Shown: positions 62,101-64,000 of the stretch, piece after piece
How positions within the stretch are numbered: position 1 is the first letter of the stretch
Layout of the letters: each line of letters begins with the position of its first letter
DNA from: Takakia lepidozioides
Lineage: Eukaryota; Plantae; Bryophyta
Assembly: GCA_030704615.1 (NCBI GenBank)
Contig: CM060731.1
Location: forward strand, 58,714,001-58,778,000
Direction of reading: 5' to 3'
DNA length: 64,000 nucleotides
Notes under the pieces: model-generated
The model's input: the letters and a program-made list of their open reading frames with translations, nothing else
The model's database searches: none
Told to the model about the DNA's origin: nothing
Translations under genes and position numbers: made by a program

Positions 62101-64000
62101 TGTCGTGCGCATACATATCGCTACACAACTACATCGCTGTCCGAACCACACCACACATATATGCACAATAAAGTAGTCTACCACAATGGATAAGCAAGCT
62201 AAGGTCACACACGATGCAAAGCATGAAAACCAAACCATCACTCTTAGAAATAGAAGTCGAGCCAGGGGCACCCCAAGCTATGGGGACTCCACCCCACAAC
62301 AACCTACACTCCCATCATGAGTACACTCAGATCTAAACGCATGCAGGAGCTCGGTCGCGCAGGCTCAACTCGAGAGAGATGAGCTGCGCGACTGCCGCTC
62401 TCGTGAAGATAAGACAGACCAGGTGTCAAACTAAACTTGACACCTGATTTAACACTTGACCTAACTCCAAGTGTTAAATACAAATAACTAGTTTTATTCT
62501 AGCTGTTTTCACACTGTGCTTATTTAGCTTGACAGCTGTCGTGCGCATACATATCGCTACACAACTACATCGCTGTCCGAACCACACCACACATATATGC
62601 ACAATAAAGTAGTCTACCACAATCGCCCCCCTAGCTGGTGGATAGGTCCCTCTACCTCCAGATAGCTACAAGACGTAATAGCCATAGCCGTACTAAGTCC
62701 TCTATCACTGTCCCTATCGTACTCAAACTCTATAGACCAAGAGGCCGGGTACAAGAGTAGCCCCATCGTTAGTCGCCGTCTTGCAATCTGTGAACTTGAG
62801 CCAGGCCTTCGTGTATTCAAGGTATCCTGTAGCTGGGCCTTGCGTTGCTTGTTAGCCTTCCATGGTTGTATCCACTCCCACTATCCAATGCATTGTGGAC
62901 ATAACCAATCCCCATCCGGAACCATCTCAAGAGGTGGAGTCAAGCATCCCATATGCCAACCTCTAGAGCATCGATCACACACCAGCATGGTGGCTGCCCC
63001 TTTAGCAGACCCACACAACATGCACCTCAAACCTGCAGATACCACTGCCAGGTTTGGGTCAATCCTGCCATCGACATTCGGAAGGTGACATGGCGCACAA
63101 TTACGCACATGGTCCTTCCAAGTTATGCCATCCCGACCCTCCAAGACCAAGACGCCTGAGGGCAAGACCTCTCGAACCCTCAAAATAACACGTCCTGCAG
63201 TCACATCCAGGGTCGTAGGAGCAGTCTGCTGCAGATAGACATAGTCACCAGGGTTGAATCTCCGAACCCCAGGACGATAGCCCCCACCACGTATGGTAGC
63301 ATACCTCAACGTATCACGGTGTTGTGCAATGGCAAGGTTCTCGAAAGCCATGGGCATGACTCTCTTGAACAACTCTGCACGCTGCTCACATGCACGTGCC
63401 CACACGTCCGGATCGTCAAGGTTAAGAACTGTAGCAGCTTCTCTGCGAATGGATGTAGGCAAATCCGGCTCTCGGCCAAAGAGAAGAAAGTATGGTGAGA
63501 AGGAGGCAAGTGATGCTTGCTTGCTGAACCTGTAGCCCATGGCTAGCCAGGGTAACTGAAGGTCCCAATCTCCTAGGTGTCCCTTCTGCAAGCCATACTT
63601 GCGCAAACCCCTCTTTACTGTCTGAACAACTCTCTCTGCCAAGCCATCGGCCTCAGGATGATCCCGAGAAGTGGTGGTGCGGTGGTCTATCAAGGCCTTG
63701 TCACACAAAGTTTGAAACTCCCCCAAGAACTCTCTCCCTTGGTCCGTGAGTACCTCAGCTGGAGCACCGAATCGGCTAAGCACACAATCCAAGAATGCAT
63801 ACGCAGCTCCCTCACTAGCCTTATCAGGCAATGGAACCAATTCAATCCACTTGGAGAAGTGCTCCACCATCACCAACACGTACTTGTTGTGGCGCATGGT
63901 CAGTGGCAACGGCCCTGCGAAGTCAAGACTCCACCTGTAGCCCAATCCCATGATCGGAAGAGGGTGCAATTGTGGAGTAGGGGCGTTGAATGAAGCACGC
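62101..64000 (-). mobile_element. Ty3/gypsy-type element, 3' end: integrase with a C-terminal PHD finger, PPT and 3' LTR 62101-62621
   Basis: ORF 62881-63969 has a DDE core (SLDFAGPLP, TDQGREF, DGLAERVV) and C4HC3 CMLC..VCDRC..WHMGC..WLCPQC. A G-rich PPT (minus strand, 62624-62633) precedes a TG...CA LTR. Confidence 0.9.
62881..63969 (-). CDS. Retroelement integrase fused to a PHD finger (C-terminal part of pol; continues beyond the window)
   Basis: An uninterrupted 362-aa frame with the motifs listed for 62101-64000. Confidence 0.9.
   Translation of the reverse strand: MHPLPIMGLGYRWSLDFAGPLPLTMRHNKYVLVMVEHFSKWIELVPLPDKASEGAAYAFLDCVLSRFGAPAEVLTDQGREFLGEFQTLCDKALIDHRTTTSRDHPEADGLAERVVQTVKRGLRKYGLQKGHLGDWDLQLPWLAMGYRFSKQASLASFSPYFLLFGREPDLPTSIRREAATVLNLDDPDVWARACEQRAELFKRVMPMAFENLAIAQHRDTLRYATIRGGGYRPGVRRFNPGDYVYLQQTAPTTLDVTAGRVILRVREVLPSGVLVLEGRDGITWKDHVRNCAPCHLPNVDGRIDPNLAVVSAGLRCMLCGSAKGAATMLVCDRCSRGWHMGCLTPPLEMVPDGDWLCPQCIG

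Noticed and set aside
62101-62623. TRIM interpretation of the 87-bp direct repeats
   Set aside because: No PBS or PPT lies between the repeats. The only PPT is outside, next to the integrase.

Overview
Eukaryotic nuclear DNA from a land plant, most likely a non-seed lineage (bryophyte, lycophyte or fern grade). That assignment is inferred from the long PLS-class PPR arrays and the transposon types; the species cannot be fixed from this window. Host genes, all with GT-AG introns traced by hand: a 4-exon HAD sugar-phosphatase (Sgpp-like; 2077-3621 +), two tandem 4-exon DUF3537 membrane-protein genes (5331-9149 and 11219-13578 +), a 5-exon small protein gene of unknown function (15110-17621 -), a GIF/SSXT pseudogene fragment (18614-19347 +), and four paralogous PLS-PPR RNA-editing factor genes (33.2-49.9 kb). 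One PPR gene has an intact DYW domain, two have lost it and one is a pseudogene. The rest is nested mobile DNA: LINE fragments of several types (one with a restriction-like endonuclease), a SINE, four Ty3/gypsy families (a chromovirus, a Tcn1/sushi-like element with a -1 frameshift signal, a decayed element, and one whose integrase ends in a PHD finger beside an unusual A-B-A LTR), a MULE-like SWIM transposase pseudogene, a TTAA-flanked piggyBac-like MITE, and a decayed group II intron maturase that is probably an organellar insertion. There are no prokaryotic systems or CRISPR arrays. Family assignments come from recognised motifs, not database searches.
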